NCBI RefSeq assembly: GCF_044704955.1
Contig: NC_091981.1
Location: 42,594,001 to 42,658,000 of the forward strand
Direction of reading: 5' to 3'
From: Pristiophorus japonicus
Taxonomy: Eukaryota
Length of the DNA: 64,000 nucleotides
Made by a program: the position numbers and the translations under genes. The notes under the pieces were generated by a model that had not been told where the DNA came from, searched no databases, and worked only from the letters and a program-made list of their open reading frames with translations. Shown here piece after piece: positions 35,190 to 46,845 of this stretch (its first letter is position 1; every line of letters starts with the position of its first letter).

Positions 35190-37494
35190 TCCAGTCTCTT
35201 CTCATATGTCAGTCCAGCCATCCCTGGAATCAGTCTGGTGAACCTTCACTGCACTCCCTCAATAGCAAGAATGTCCTTCCTCAGATTAGGAGACCAAAAC
35301 TGAACACAATATTCCAGGTGAGGTCTCATCAAGGCCCTGTACAACTGCAGTAAGACTTCCCTGCTCCTATACTCAAATCCCCTAGCTATGAAGGCCAACA
35401 TACCATTTGCCTTCTTCACCGCCTGCTGTACCTGCATGCCAACTTTCAATAACTGATGAACCATGACACCCAGGTCTCGTTACACCTCCCCTTTTCCTAA
35501 TCTGCCGCCATTCAGATAATATTCTGCCATCGTGTTTTTACCCCCAAAGTGTATTTATCCACATTATACTGCATCTGCCATGCATTTGCCCACTCGCCTA
35601 GCCGATCCAAGTCACCCTGCAGCCTCTTAGAGTCCTCCTCACAGCGCCACCCAGTTTAGTGTCATCTGCAAACTTGGAGATATTACACTCAATTCCATCC
35701 TCTCGATCATTAATATATATTGTAAAGAGCTGGGGTCCCAGCACTGAGCCCTGCGGCACTCCACTAGTCACTGCCTGCCATTCTGACTCTCTGCTTCCTG
35801 TCTGCCAATCAGTTCTCTATTCATGTCAGTACATTACCCCCAATACCATGTGCTTTGATTTTACACACCAATCTCTTGCATGGGACCTTGTCAAAAGCCT
35901 TTTGAAAGTCCAAATACACCACATCCACTGGTTCTCCCTTGTCCACTCTACTAGTTACATCCTCAAACAATTCCAGAAGATTCGTCAAGCATGATTTCCC
36001 TTTCATAAATCCATGCTGACTTGGACCGATCCTGTCACTGCTTTCCAAATGCGCTGCTATTTCATCTTTAATGATTGATTCCAACATTTTCCCCATTACT
36101 GATGTCAGATTAACCTGTCTATAATTACCCGTTTTCTCTCTCCCTCCTTTTTTTTTAAAAGTGGTGTTACATTAGCTACCCTCCAGTCCATAGGAACTGA
36201 TCCAGAGTCAACAGACTGTTGGAAAATGATCACCAATGCATCCACTATTTCTCGGGCCACTTTCTTAAGTACTCTGGGATGTAGGGGCCTTCAATCCCAT
36301 CAATTTCCCTAACACAATTTTCCACCTAATAAGGATATCCTTCAGTTCCTCCTTCTCACTAGACCCTCGGAAGGTTATTTATGTCTTCCTTCGTGAAGAC
36401 AGAACCAAAGTATTTGTTCAATTGGTCTGCCATTTCTTTGTTCCCCATTATAAATTCACCTGAATCCGACTGCAAGGGACCTATGTTTGTCTTCACTAAT
36501 CTTTTTCTCTTCCCATATCTATAAAAGCTTTTGCAGTCAGTTTTTATGTTCCCAGCAAGCTTCCTCTCATACTCTATTTTCCCCCTCCTAATTAAACCCT
36601 TTGTCCTCCTCTGCTGAATTCTAAATTTCTCCCAATCCTCAGGTTTGCTGCTTTTTCTTTCGAATTTATATGCCTCTTCCTTGGATTTAACACTATCCTT
36701 AATTTCCCTTGTTAGCCACGGTTGAGCCACCTTCCCCATTTTATTTTTACTGCAGACAGGGATGTACAATTGTTGAAGTTCATCCATATGATCTTTAAAA
36801 GTTTGCCACTGCCTATCCACCATCAATCTTTTAAGTATTCTTTGCCAGTCTAATCTAGCCAATTCATGCCTCATACCGTCAAAGTTACCTTTCCTTAAGT
36901 TCTGGACCCTAGCTTTTGAATGAACTTTGTCACTCTCCATCTTAATAAAGAATTCTACCATATTATGGTCACTCTTTCCGAAGGGGAAAGGCAAGGTGAG
37001 GCGTGGCCGCAAGTAGGGGAGTGTGGGGAAAGTTTTTTTATACTCTTATTATTATGGTTATTAAAAATTTTGTTGATTGTTGGGTGGGTGGATGTTTGTT
37101 ATATTTATAAGTGTTTTTGAAAGTTTGTTGTTGCTGTTATACCGTTATATATTATGTTGTGGTTAATGTTATTGTAATTTAGTGCTTTAAAAAAAATTCA
37201 ACGTTGGGGTGGGGGTGATAGATGGGTGTTTATTGTTAAAAAAAATCTTTATACCTTTTCTATTCATTAAAAATGTTTTATTTAACTTAACATTGTTGTG
37301 CAGTATCTTCCAATAACAGAAACATTAAACATATACAAAGGTTGCAAACAATGGCGAGGCCAGGCCAGGCAAGGTATAGATGAAACGTAATGTAACACAA
37401 CTGTAACTGTAACTATCACTAACATAACACAAAGCGTTCATTTATGAGCTGCGGACACAACAATCTTGCAGCTGCATAATTACCACCAACATAA

Positions 37495-38691
37495 TTTCAC
37501 GCAAAGCATTCATTTATGACGCAACAGCCTTGAAGCTGAGTAACTACCATGGGGTTTTTCCTGTGGTCTAAGGTGCAGTGGGGGAATGGTTTCCAAGCCA
37601 GTCTGATTGTCCTCCCCGAGGTCCTCGTCCACCTCCCCTCTCTCCTGAGGTGGACCGGCAGTCCCACCTGGCAATTCTTGTCCCCTCCTGATAGCTAAGT
37701 TATGCAACATACAGCACACCACAATGAACTGAGCGACCTGCTCAGGGTGGTATTGTAAGTCGGCTCCTGAATGGTCCAGGCATCTGAAGTGCTGCTTACT
37801 TAAGCACTCCAATTGCCTTTTTGACATATTGTATGTGAATATGTGGCTTTCGTTGTAGCGTTTCTCAGCTTCTGTCTGGGGCTTACGCAGGGGGTTCATT
37901 AGCCAGCTGGCAAGGCCATATCCTTTATCACCCAGCATCCAACCATGACCTTGTGACTGACTCTTAAGCAGGTCAGGGACAGTGCTCTCACGCAAGATAT
38001 GCGCATCATAGATGCTCCCTGGAAATTTTGCATTTACTGCCATGATTATTTGCTTGTGGTCGACAACTGGTTGCACATTCAGGGAGTGGAATCGTTTTCG
38101 GTTCCAAAACACCTGTGCATCCTGAAAAGGTGCTCGCAGGATGACGTACATACAGTTTATTGCTCCCTGCACCTTGGGGAAGTTTGTTATTCTTGAGAAA
38201 CCTAAAACCCTTTCAGTTTGTGGCTCCCTGGTCATAGGGAAGCTTATAAAGTCCATCCTGTGAGCATAAAGGGCTTCAGTCACCAGTCGAATGCAGCAAT
38301 GTGTGGCATGCTGAGAAATATTGCAAATCTCGCCAGCTGAGGCCTGAAAGGAGCCCTATGCATAGAAGGAAAGTGCTGCAGTAACCTTGACCTCATCGGG
38401 CAGTGCGGTCCTGATGGTGCTGTTAAGCTGCAGGTCTCCCTTAATTAGCTGGCATATCTCACTGATGGCCTCCTTTCGGAAGTGCAGCCTCCTAAGGCAC
38501 ATGTTCTCGGACAAGTTTAGATATGATCGCTTATCCCTCGAAGTGCGTTGGGTGTAAGGTCTCCTCCTCCTCCTCAGCAGTCTGCCACTGCTTTGATTGG
38601 GCACATAATGCTCTTCAATAAACCTTCTCCCATCGCTAGTCTGCAGCATGTGAGTAGTCATCAATACTGGCTGAGAAATTACAGGCCCCAT
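37495..38691 (-). pseudogene. Harbinger 2 transposase (HARBI1-like)
   Basis: ORFs 38356..38691 and 37510..38283: FPKVQGAINC, NRKRFHSLNVQ, FPGSIYDAHILRES, MLGDKGYGL, EKRYNESH and CCMLHNLAIR. Confidence 0.92.
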
Positions 38692-39842
38692 TACTATTAC
38701 TAAATGCCCTATTTATATGTCTCCAAAATTATTAAATTGTCCTCTAAAATTGCAACAAAAAAATCTAAATTCACCACAATATGATTAGATGGTTGTCAAG
38801 AGATTTTAAAACCACCTTAAAAGCACTCACGAATTACTTCAAAGCTCCCATGAACTTGAAGCAGCCTTTTATGAAAAGTCCTCCGAATTACAAAATGGTG
38901 TCCATACCGCTGAGTTCAGGTCAGGTGAGTGCAGCTTTTCTTGAGCGTCTTTTTGGGTGAGCGATCATTTGGGCGGTAGATGGGCGAGATGCCGAAAGTA
39001 ACGCTCGGCGATAATCTGGCCGGTATTTGGGCATTACTTTCCATTATATACAGAGTGATGACGTCAGATTTTTACAAAAAAATATGGGCAGGCGGTTTAG
39101 CTAATTCCTGGCATTAACTGTATGCCAAAAGTTACTCTGGCAATAAAGGGGTGATAATTGGGCGTTAGTTGCCATTTTTACTCAAATATGGGTGTTAAAT
39201 TCAATCTCAGTGGCTAAATGGGCAGTGACTGGGCGGTAACTGGGCGATCCCAATGGAAAGTCTAGCCAAATCTTTCTTCTAATATGGAGATCAGAACTGT
39301 GCACAGTATTCTAAGTGTGATCTAACCAAGGTTCGATACAAGTTTAACGTAACTATGCAAGTTTAACAAAACTAGTGATCCAAATTAATATTAGAGCATC
39401 AGCCAAGAGATGTGCATTCACACAAGTGCCCCCAAAATCAATTGGCACTGGTGTCCAGCAATCCGACTCAATGGCCTAGATATTAACGCAGAGGCGGGTT
39501 CTGAGTGGGGAATTCCACCCACGGAACCCGGAAAAAAATTTAGCTGGTCAGATCATCTGATTTCAGCATGGCTGCTTAATTGTAGTTTCGCTTCTGGGTT
39601 TTGTGTCTCCAAGCTGCGAGATTGGCGTGGTGCGCACGTGCATGATGCCAACTCCGCTATTTAACGTTCCAGTGCAAAAATGGAATTTGGAGGAGCTAGG
39701 AGTTTTGGAAGGAGACGGTGGGAGTTACTCCAGATGGATTCAGGACGAGGAATCCCTGGAGTTACTGCTGAGTGCATTCTGGAACAGGAGGGATATAATT
39801 TTCCCCAGCAATGGGAGGAAGAAACCTGTTGCTCTCCTCAAG

Positions 39843-39965
39843 AATCATAGAATGGTTCCAGTACAGAAGACGACCATTCGGCCCGTCGAGCCCATGCCGA
39901 CTCTCAGCTAGTCCCACTCCCCTGTCCTTTCCCCGTAGCCCTGCACATTTTTTTCCTTCAGATAG
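39843..39965 (-). mobile_element. Short CR1 3' tail inserted in the Myb remnant
   Basis: AATCATAGAATGG...CCATTCGGCCCGTCGAGCCCATGCCG...TTTCCCCGTAGCCCTG. Confidence 0.7.
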
Positions 39966-41342
39966 CCCTGTAACTGTTTTACTTCAGATCAACTAAGGTG
40001 GTGTGGTTGGAAGTGAGCAGCAGGAGCATTGTATTCTGGTTTTGGCTACAGTGCAGGAAGCAGTTTAGTAACCTGAGCAGGTCAGAAAAAGTGAGTACAA
40101 TTGCTGCTTTACATACATCCTGTGGTGTACAACAACTTCCTCTCCCTCTGTCTTGCCAAGCGTCCACCATTACATCACTCCTCACACCCACTTAAATTTC
40201 AGCACCACCATCCTTCACTCTCTACGTACTTCGTCACCTCCCCAAATATCCATCCACCACTGCCAATCAACCGAATCCTCATGCAACGTGATGCATCTGT
40301 CTGACAATCACCCTCACCGAATGCCCTGCATCCATTGGGTGAATACATGACCATTACTCACTCAGAGGTCTGTTCTTTTTCCCTTTGTAGGCAAAGAGTG
40401 CACAAACCACAAGAGAAAGGGACAGGACCTAAGATGGCCCGCTGCAAATTGTGCAGATGACAGATTCAGAAGAGGAGGCCATGGAGACAAGTGACATATC
40501 TGCATTCCTCTCAATTGGAGATGGAGAAACTGGGGAGTCAGATGCTTGGTGACAGAATATAAAATATCTCTGACATACATGCTGACTTTATTTCATAAAT
40601 GACTGAACTATGAAAAGGCTGAATATGCTGACTGGCAAAATTGTTACTTTGCCAAAACGAATTCATATCTGTTTCTTCTGTCTTCCAGGGCCTTCACGCA
40701 AAGAGCAACAGTGAGTGAACATGCCTGACAATGATTCCTCAGAGGAGCTCATTCCTTCTGAGGGTGCACCATCATAGGAGGTGCAGCATGCACCAGCGCA
40801 AATACTTGCATTTCAGTGGGTTCATTTAGACAATTATAAAAACATCATGACAGCTCCTAGGGAATCTGGTGCAGATCTGCAAGAACATTTGTGTGTGGTT
40901 GCACACTAGCAGCGCATGATATCCCTTGCGGTTGATAAAAACTCTAGGTTTCTCTGGAAGTCATTGGATTTCCTTGTGTGTGTAATCAATAGCACCCTGT
41001 ACTTGTGGCAAGCCAGCCAGAGAGGCGACTGTGAGTGCCCACTCATTCTGGTTACTGTCGTAGCAGGGGATGTTGACATAAGTCAACTCATTGACAAACA
41101 AGCCAGCTGTAACCTGCCGTTTACATTTTTGTGCAGATGACCGAGAGACCTGTGCGATGTTTCCGGTGGCACCCTGGAAGGAGCTGGAGACAAAGATATT
41201 CAGGGCTGCAGTGACTTTGACAGCGACTAATGCTTGCTCACCAGGTCCAGTAGGGAGCAGATCTTCTTCGAGGAGGCTGCAGCTGTTTGCCATCAACTGA
41301 CATGTAAATCTGAGGCTGCGGATGCACTGCTCTTCAGAGCGC

Positions 41343-41802
41343 AAGAAAGACTTGGATTTATATAGCGCCTTTCACGACCACTGGACTTCCTAAAGCACTT
41401 TACAGCCAATTAAGTACTTTTGGCATGTAGTCACTGTTATAATGTAGGAAATGCAGTCGCCAAATTGCACACAAGCAAGCTCCCACAGACAGCAATGTGA
41501 TAATGACCAAATAATCTGTTTTTGTTATGTTGATTGAGGGATAAATATTGGACAGGGATAACTCCCCCGCTCTTCTTCGAAATACTGCCATGGGATCTTT
41601 TACGTCCACTTGAGAGAGCAGATGGGGCCTCGGTTTAACATCTCATCCGAAAGATGGCACCTCCGACAGTGCAGCACTCAGTCAGCACTGCACTGGAGTG
41701 TCAGTTTAGATTTTCCGTGCTACAAATTCCTGGAGTGGGACTTCAACCCACAACCTTCTGACTCAGAGGCGAGAGTGTTACCCACTGAGCCACAGCTGAC
41801 AC
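41343..41802 (-). mobile_element. Full-length Deu-domain tRNA SINE (SacSINE1-like), inserted in the transposase remnant
   Basis: Reverse complement: tRNA head TGGCTCAGTGG (A box)...GGTTGAAGTCCC (B box), Deu core TTAAACCGAGGCCCC...GATCCCATGGCA, and tail GAAAGGCGCTATATAAATCCAAGTCTTT. Confidence 0.9.
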
Positions 41803-42079
41803 TGAAGAAGTCAAGGAAGCTGAGCCTCTGTCTGTAGATCCTTTCCTGTGTGACCTCAGCGCATCTGTTGCTCTCCTCTCTGCTGTTCTGAGCTCCTGCC
41901 TTGCTGGATGGTGATCGTTCTCCTCGTCCAAAATCCAATCGATAGCACCCATGGTGCTCCCTGCCCCCCATTTTGAACCTGTCCGTTTAAAGACTCCATA
42001 TTTCTGAAACGTGTGCGTCACCGCCAAAGTTCCCTGTGTTGTTTTTTGTGTGTGCCGCCCCGTTAAGGTTCCTTCCAAA

Positions 42080-42187
42080 CACTCTTCAGTTCTGACGAAG
42101 GGTCATCAACCCGAAATGTTAACTCTGCTTCCTCTCCACAGATTCTGCCTGACCTGCTGAGATTTACAGCATTTTCTGTTTTCATTC
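42080..42187 (+). mobile_element. Penelope-like element terminal-repeat fragment
   Basis: CTGACGAAGGGTCATCAACCCGAAATGTTAACTCTG...TGCCTGACCTGCTGAGATTTACAGCATTTTCTG. Confidence 0.7.
42088..42124 (+). ncRNA. Minimal type I hammerhead ribozyme motif (Penelope-associated), probably decayed
   Basis: Helix I AGTT/AACT, core CTGACGA, helix II GGGT-CATCA-ACCC, core GAAA, and helix III ATGT in place of the usual palindromic ACGT. Confidence 0.65.
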
Positions 42188-43984
42188 GTTAATTTTAATT
42201 CCCTGGTTAAAATGTCTTCAGATATGCCTTATTAAGATATGATAATGATTGACCTGCTTGCGGAAAGCAGGTTACTCGAAAGCACCTCTGGAAGTGTTTG
42301 TGTTGAAGGTGGATTGGGGTCGGGTTTGAGAATTTTGAAATTTTTACCTTCACAACTTGGGCTTGGGCTGGATAAGGAACATAAGCCTAGGCAGGATTTG
42401 GCTAACTCGAGCCATGTCTGGAAGCTATAGTGCAGTAAAATGCACGGTAGACATTCTGATGAGTGAGAGAAGGGAATGATTAAACCCATCTCGACATTAA
42501 AGGGATTATTTTATGGGCCCACATTGGAATGAAGCCACAAAATCAAGGGCAATGAGCACTCAAATTCTGAATTTGAGCCAAAGGCCCACCTTGCTAACAT
42601 TTGCGTCAAAAAACATTTCTCAATATCCCTTTCATGTTACCCAGTATAACCTCTAAAATGGTGAAGATGGTAATTTCTTACACAATACAGGATAAACAGA
42701 ACAAGTAGACAATAACAGACCAGTCAAAAATTTCAACCAAAATATACGAAATCTAAGAAAAAAAAAAGAGTGGAAGCAAAATATCCCCTTGCTGGTTTAC
42801 ACTACCAGTTTCTCTCATTGCCACTTCATTTCTTCAAAAATATATACTTGGAGGAATAGCCATCAACTTCAACACATTTTTCTGTCAATTTCTATATACA
42901 TTTAAAACATGAATACTGATGGCATATTCAATAGGACTGACTTGGAAGACTCCATCATTGTCATCAAGTGAAATTAACACACAAAGTTGAAATGACAAGA
43001 TTCTTGAGGCACCAGAGATTAATGACCATTTTCAGGTTGGAAATAGTTCTCAGCCCCACCATGCCAATTCTGCTTTGCTGGTGGTAAACCCAATATTTTA
43101 ATTGGCCACAATTTGCTGGCAAAATAACAGTGAGTTTAATGAAGCCACCTTTATTAATATATAAATTGTACAGCAACTTGTGGCGAGGAAGAGATACCCC
43201 ATGAGTTGCAAATCACCATTAATTGATGGCCGATTTGCACCCGCCCACCATTTGTCTCACAAAAACAGGAGCTCGCTCTCAATCTCCCAGTGAGTTTCAC
43301 AGCATTTCTGCATTTACACATTAATTACCAATTAATCATCGTAGAAAGTTAGGGCTGAAGAGATTTATGTTCCTGTGAAGCCAAATAATTTCTTCGACTC
43401 AGAAAGGGAACAACTGAAACTGTAAAGTCTCATTCCTGCAGGTAGCAAATTGTTCTTAGAGACTTTTAAAATTAAAATTAAAAAAGAAAAACTATTTTTT
43501 TCTCACTCTTAGTCCAATTTTCTTTCCCTCTCTTTTTGTACCTGATTGGACTTTAATTCACTCTATTGCTTTCTCCATCATTCCTCATTTATTTTTCTCA
43601 ATCCTTAAATTGGTTAAGAAGAAAAACTGTTGGTCCCATCATTCACCAATGTCCCAGATGCCCCATTGCCCTCGTCGTTCCATTATTAGCTTGCACTTCC
43701 AGTAATTTGCAGTGTAAACATTTTCTTGAGCTGAAGGGTGAGGGAATCACATAGAATGTACACAGCACAGAAACAGGCCATTCGGCACAATTGGTCAATG
43801 ACTAGAAGTCTAGCTAATGGAGTATACCAAAAAATGTGCAGCTCCAACAAAATCTGGCCAATATTTAATAATACTAACAGCAAGCATGTTAACCATTAAA
43901 ATACTGAATTTCACTAATGCAAAGAGTAGAAAAGGATATTCATCCCAGTGACAAACTGTGGATCTGGAGTTAAAAAGATAATGT

Positions 43985-44225
43985 TATCTGTGGTAAGTGT
44001 AGTGTGCTTGAGAGGATAAAGGTGACTTTGGACCTATGGTTCCCAAAGCTCTCCACCACTAGGGTTTTCCTCGCCTCGTGTTCGAGTCTGTTGTAGACTG
44101 ACTAATAGTGATTGTTTGCCATGATTAGTCAAAAACTCCATGATTGTTGTATCATGTGATGACCAGGATAGTCGAAGGTGAACGAGATGGATCTTGATCT
44201 TTTTACGTAGCAATTCCTACGTTAA
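43985..44225 (+). mobile_element. Probable CR1-type 3' UTR relic
   Basis: Ends GATGGATCTTGATCTTTTT...GCAATTCCTACGTT, resembling CR1 tails. Confidence 0.4.
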
Positions 44226-44685
44226 TTAGTGGATGGCCATACAAAGATACTAAACTCTTCAAAAGACATGAATCCAGCTGTGCCTATGGGAAGTTTATAA
44301 ATAGATGATGCAGTAATTTTGAGAACGGTTTATTTGCCTCCCCATCTCAACAGTTGTGCATACAGGTTGACCTGGGGCAATGGACAATACACTATGGTGT
44401 CAATTCAGTTCATTTACACTGGTTGATTCAGGTTCTTGGGTCAGTTTTCTCAATAATGTCAAGATAATAAATCATAAAAAGGTGCTACAGTTAAATAAAA
44501 ATCATTTTCAAGTTTGTTCTTTAATATGCTATTAATGGCGAGTCTCCTTCTTTAACCATCGTAAAGCACTGGTCACAGTCATTCCTACGTTGCCATTTTT
44601 GGAGTTTCTGTTTGTTTTGCTGGGTGAAGGGAGATAATAAAATATTTACAAATGGCACCTTTTATATGCTGCCAGTTATCACCTT

Positions 44686-45365
44686 GGGGAGAAATTGTCC
44701 CTTTTCTAGATGGGAGCGCTAACGGGACAGAAGAGACTTTTTGGCCGGGGTGGGGGAAGAGAATGGCGCTACCAGTTCCCGGGAAATTGCCCAGGAATTT
44801 TTAGAGTCATCGTCGTGTGCGGGGACCCCTCACTGCCCCGACCCCTTACCACCCCGACCCCTTACCACCCCGTGGGTCACGAAGCTGGCCGACATCTGCT
44901 CTCGGGGCGCTACTTAAAAGTGGCCCGCCATCTTTTCTGGATTGCTGACTCTCAGGTTGGCTCCAGGATGGTTGCCCTCGCATGGTTCGGGCCACCATCG
45001 TGCAGCCCGACACTCCATTTTGGGTGCCGGGCTGGAGGCGCAATCCCACACTGCCCGGGTGGCCTAGTGGAAGCCATCAGAGGCCTTGCAGAGCGCACAG
45101 CAGCCCTCCCGTTTAAGCGAAGGGGAGTGGCGTTGAAGTGTGTCAGTGCTCTGTGAAGTATCTGCTTGGCGCTTCACTCACCATCCCAGTAGCACCCTGG
45201 GACATGCCCCTAAAGGAAATGGAGCGCGCGTGATTGAGCTCCGCTTCCTTGGAGGGGCGGTAAGCCCTATTCAGTGGTGGGGACAGGACTTCTGCGCTGG
45301 GTGCAGAAAGTCCCAGTCCCAGCTGGTTACCGCCCTCAATCGGGGTGCAGGGCAATTTCGCCTCC
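44686..45365. mobile_element. Non-autonomous Harbinger-type MITE
   Basis: TIRs GGGGAGAAATTGTCC and GGGCAATTTCGCCTCC with CTT on both flanks. The right end is an inverted homologue of 50990-51030. Confidence 0.7.
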
Positions 45366-45765
45366 CTTGTGTTTTTGATTACTATTCTTCCTGCTAACCA
45401 ATATGTTACCAAGAATTACAAATATTTCCAAAGATTAATTAAATTCATAAAATAAAGCTGCTTATCATTTAGATGGTGTACAGAAACCCATCTGGAAAAT
45501 GTTTTCTATCCATGCACAGTGAATACACTGACAGGGTGCGACAACTTGACTTGTCCTGGGTACACAAATTTAGGTCAGGCCATTAAGGTGTACCTTTAGA
45601 TTGTTTATTTGTTGCCAGCCAGGCAGAATTCAGTCAGTTGGGGACGATATATTATAGTGCCATTCATAAATGATTCCAAATTACTGCTTTGATACAATTA
45701 CTGCTTTGATAGTCTTAAAGAGGAAATGTATTCAAATGAACTGCCATATTGTTCCCCTGTTATTT

Positions 45766-46172
45766 AAAGAAAGAAAGACTTGCATTTATATTGTGCATTT
45801 CACAACTTCAAAATATACCCAAGTGGTTTACAACCAATGAAGTACTTTTGAAGTCACTTTTGTAATTTAGGAAACACGGCAGCCAAATCGTGCGCAATGA
45901 GATAATGACCAGATAATCTGCTTTAGTAATGTTAGTTGAAGGATACATATTGACCAGGATGCCGGGACATTGCCCCTGCTCTTCTTCGGAATAATGCCAT
46001 GCGATCTTTTACACCCACGTGGGAGGGGCCTTGACTTAACGACTTATTGAAAGGACAGCACCTCCGACAATGCCGTGCTCGCTCAGTACTGCACTGGAAT
46101 GTCATCCTAGATTATGTGCTCAAAGCTTCTGACTCAGAAGCTAAAGTGTTAGCAACTGAGCCACGGTAGACA
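45766..46172 (-). mobile_element. Deu-domain tRNA SINE
   Basis: AAAGACTTGCATTTATA...GCCATGCGATCTTTT...CTGAGCCACGG; collinear with 41343-41802. Confidence 0.85.
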
Positions 46173-46629
46173 ACGAAAGGGAACTAAACTTACTAGGTGT
46201 CTTTCCGTCATTTTATTGCAACCAAGTTTTATACTCTGAAACTGTTGGTCAGAGGCTAATCTAGGAGCTGACATTTTGTCAAACCTCTCTTGCATTGTCA
46301 TCATTCAGTCTCATGCTCTCTGTTAAGCTGGCAATATTCAACAGTTTAGGCATGAACACACCAGAGCATCCTGCAGCAAAGAAATTGGACTATGATAATG
46401 AGCTTGCCACTGTTAGAGGCAATTAGTCATGGGAGAGATCATCGATAACTAGATTCTCTCACAGGTAATCCCATGCTACATACTGAAAGCAGGATTATGG
46501 CTTTCTCTGTACCTACATTAGAAAATCCAAAGAGTAACCTAGAGCCGAACATCATATCGAGGTTAAACTGACAGACAATAACTGACAGATTTAAGATGTA
46601 AATCCAGACCTGCTGAAGAGCTAACTGCA

Positions 46630-46845
46630 ACTAAAAAGTGAGCAAAAGCTTGGTTGAAGAGGTAGGTTTTAAGGAGTGACTTATTGGAGATGGAATTCAA
46701 GAGGTTCAGGTCTAGACGGTTGAAGGCACAGTCGCCAATGGTGGAGCGAAGGCAATCGCAGATGCGCTGGAGGCCAGAATTGGAGGTGTGCAAAGATCTT
46801 GGATTGGTGTAGAGCTGTAGGAGGTTACAGAGCTAGGGAGGGACG
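46630..46845 (-). mobile_element. L2-type LINE 3' fragment
   Basis: Reverse complement encodes STIGDCAF...LLKTYLFNQAF. Confidence 0.7.

Larger units (their letters stand above)
32153..36983 (-). mobile_element. CR1 LINE (end of endonuclease, RT, 3' UTR), split by the opposite-strand CR1 at 32577-35189
   Basis: 3' UTR AAACATAGAAAATAGGTGCAGG at 32153. CCCAGTTGA|TCCAGTCTC joins across the inner insertion. ORFs 36359..37012, 35821..36096 and 35246..35464. Confidence 0.9.
30344..37016 (+). pseudogene. Harbinger 2 Myb/SANT gene (exons about 30344-30636, 31005-31161, 31438-32152 plus 36983-37016)
   Basis: HFSEEANAALV...IWAEVAEVV...QCRKRWNDLVGS|GTAAGT; TTTGCAG|KKLSKNRAEQRRTGGGP; intron positions match element 1. 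The RG-rich C-terminus is split by CR1. Confidence 0.75.
29960..39267. mobile_element. Harbinger/PIF DNA transposon 2, full length, interrupted by nested CR1 copies
   Basis: TIRs GGGCTAGACTTTGCAT and ATGGAAAGTCTAGCC. Myb (+) and HARBI1-like (-) genes are homologous to those of element 1; GGGCG(T/A)T subterminal repeats. Confidence 0.88.
29495..39360 (-). mobile_element. Old CR1 LINE 3' fragment split by Harbinger 2 (29495-29959 and about 39269-39360)
   Basis: ORF 29678..29920 (YQERLGLEKRRLRGD...FRRNFLNQRVVRM). The RT resumes after 39268 (ATGGAGATCAGAACTGTGCACAGTATTC). Confidence 0.75.
39472..42075. mobile_element. Divergent, internally deleted Harbinger relic (Myb remnant on + at about 39690-40090; transposase remnant on - at about 40955-41952)
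   Basis: LELLLSAFWNRRDIIFPSNG...WLEVSSRS...QCRKQFSNL|GTGAGT. ORF 40961..41344 contains VAVKVTAALNIF..SFQG...LPQVQGAIDYTH. The termini are poorly defined. Confidence 0.75.

Noticed and set aside
37510-38691. Host HARBI1 gene
   Set aside because: It lies within TIRs, is paired with a Myb gene, has stops and frameshifts, and has paralogous copies in this window. It is a transposon pseudogene.
41730-41802. tRNA-like A/B boxes (also at 52184 and 55527)
   Set aside because: They are SINE heads fused to a Deu domain, not functional tRNA genes.
43035-43860. Possible additional MITE (also about 50742-50835)
   Set aside because: The termini are too degenerate to define TIRs or a TSD by eye.
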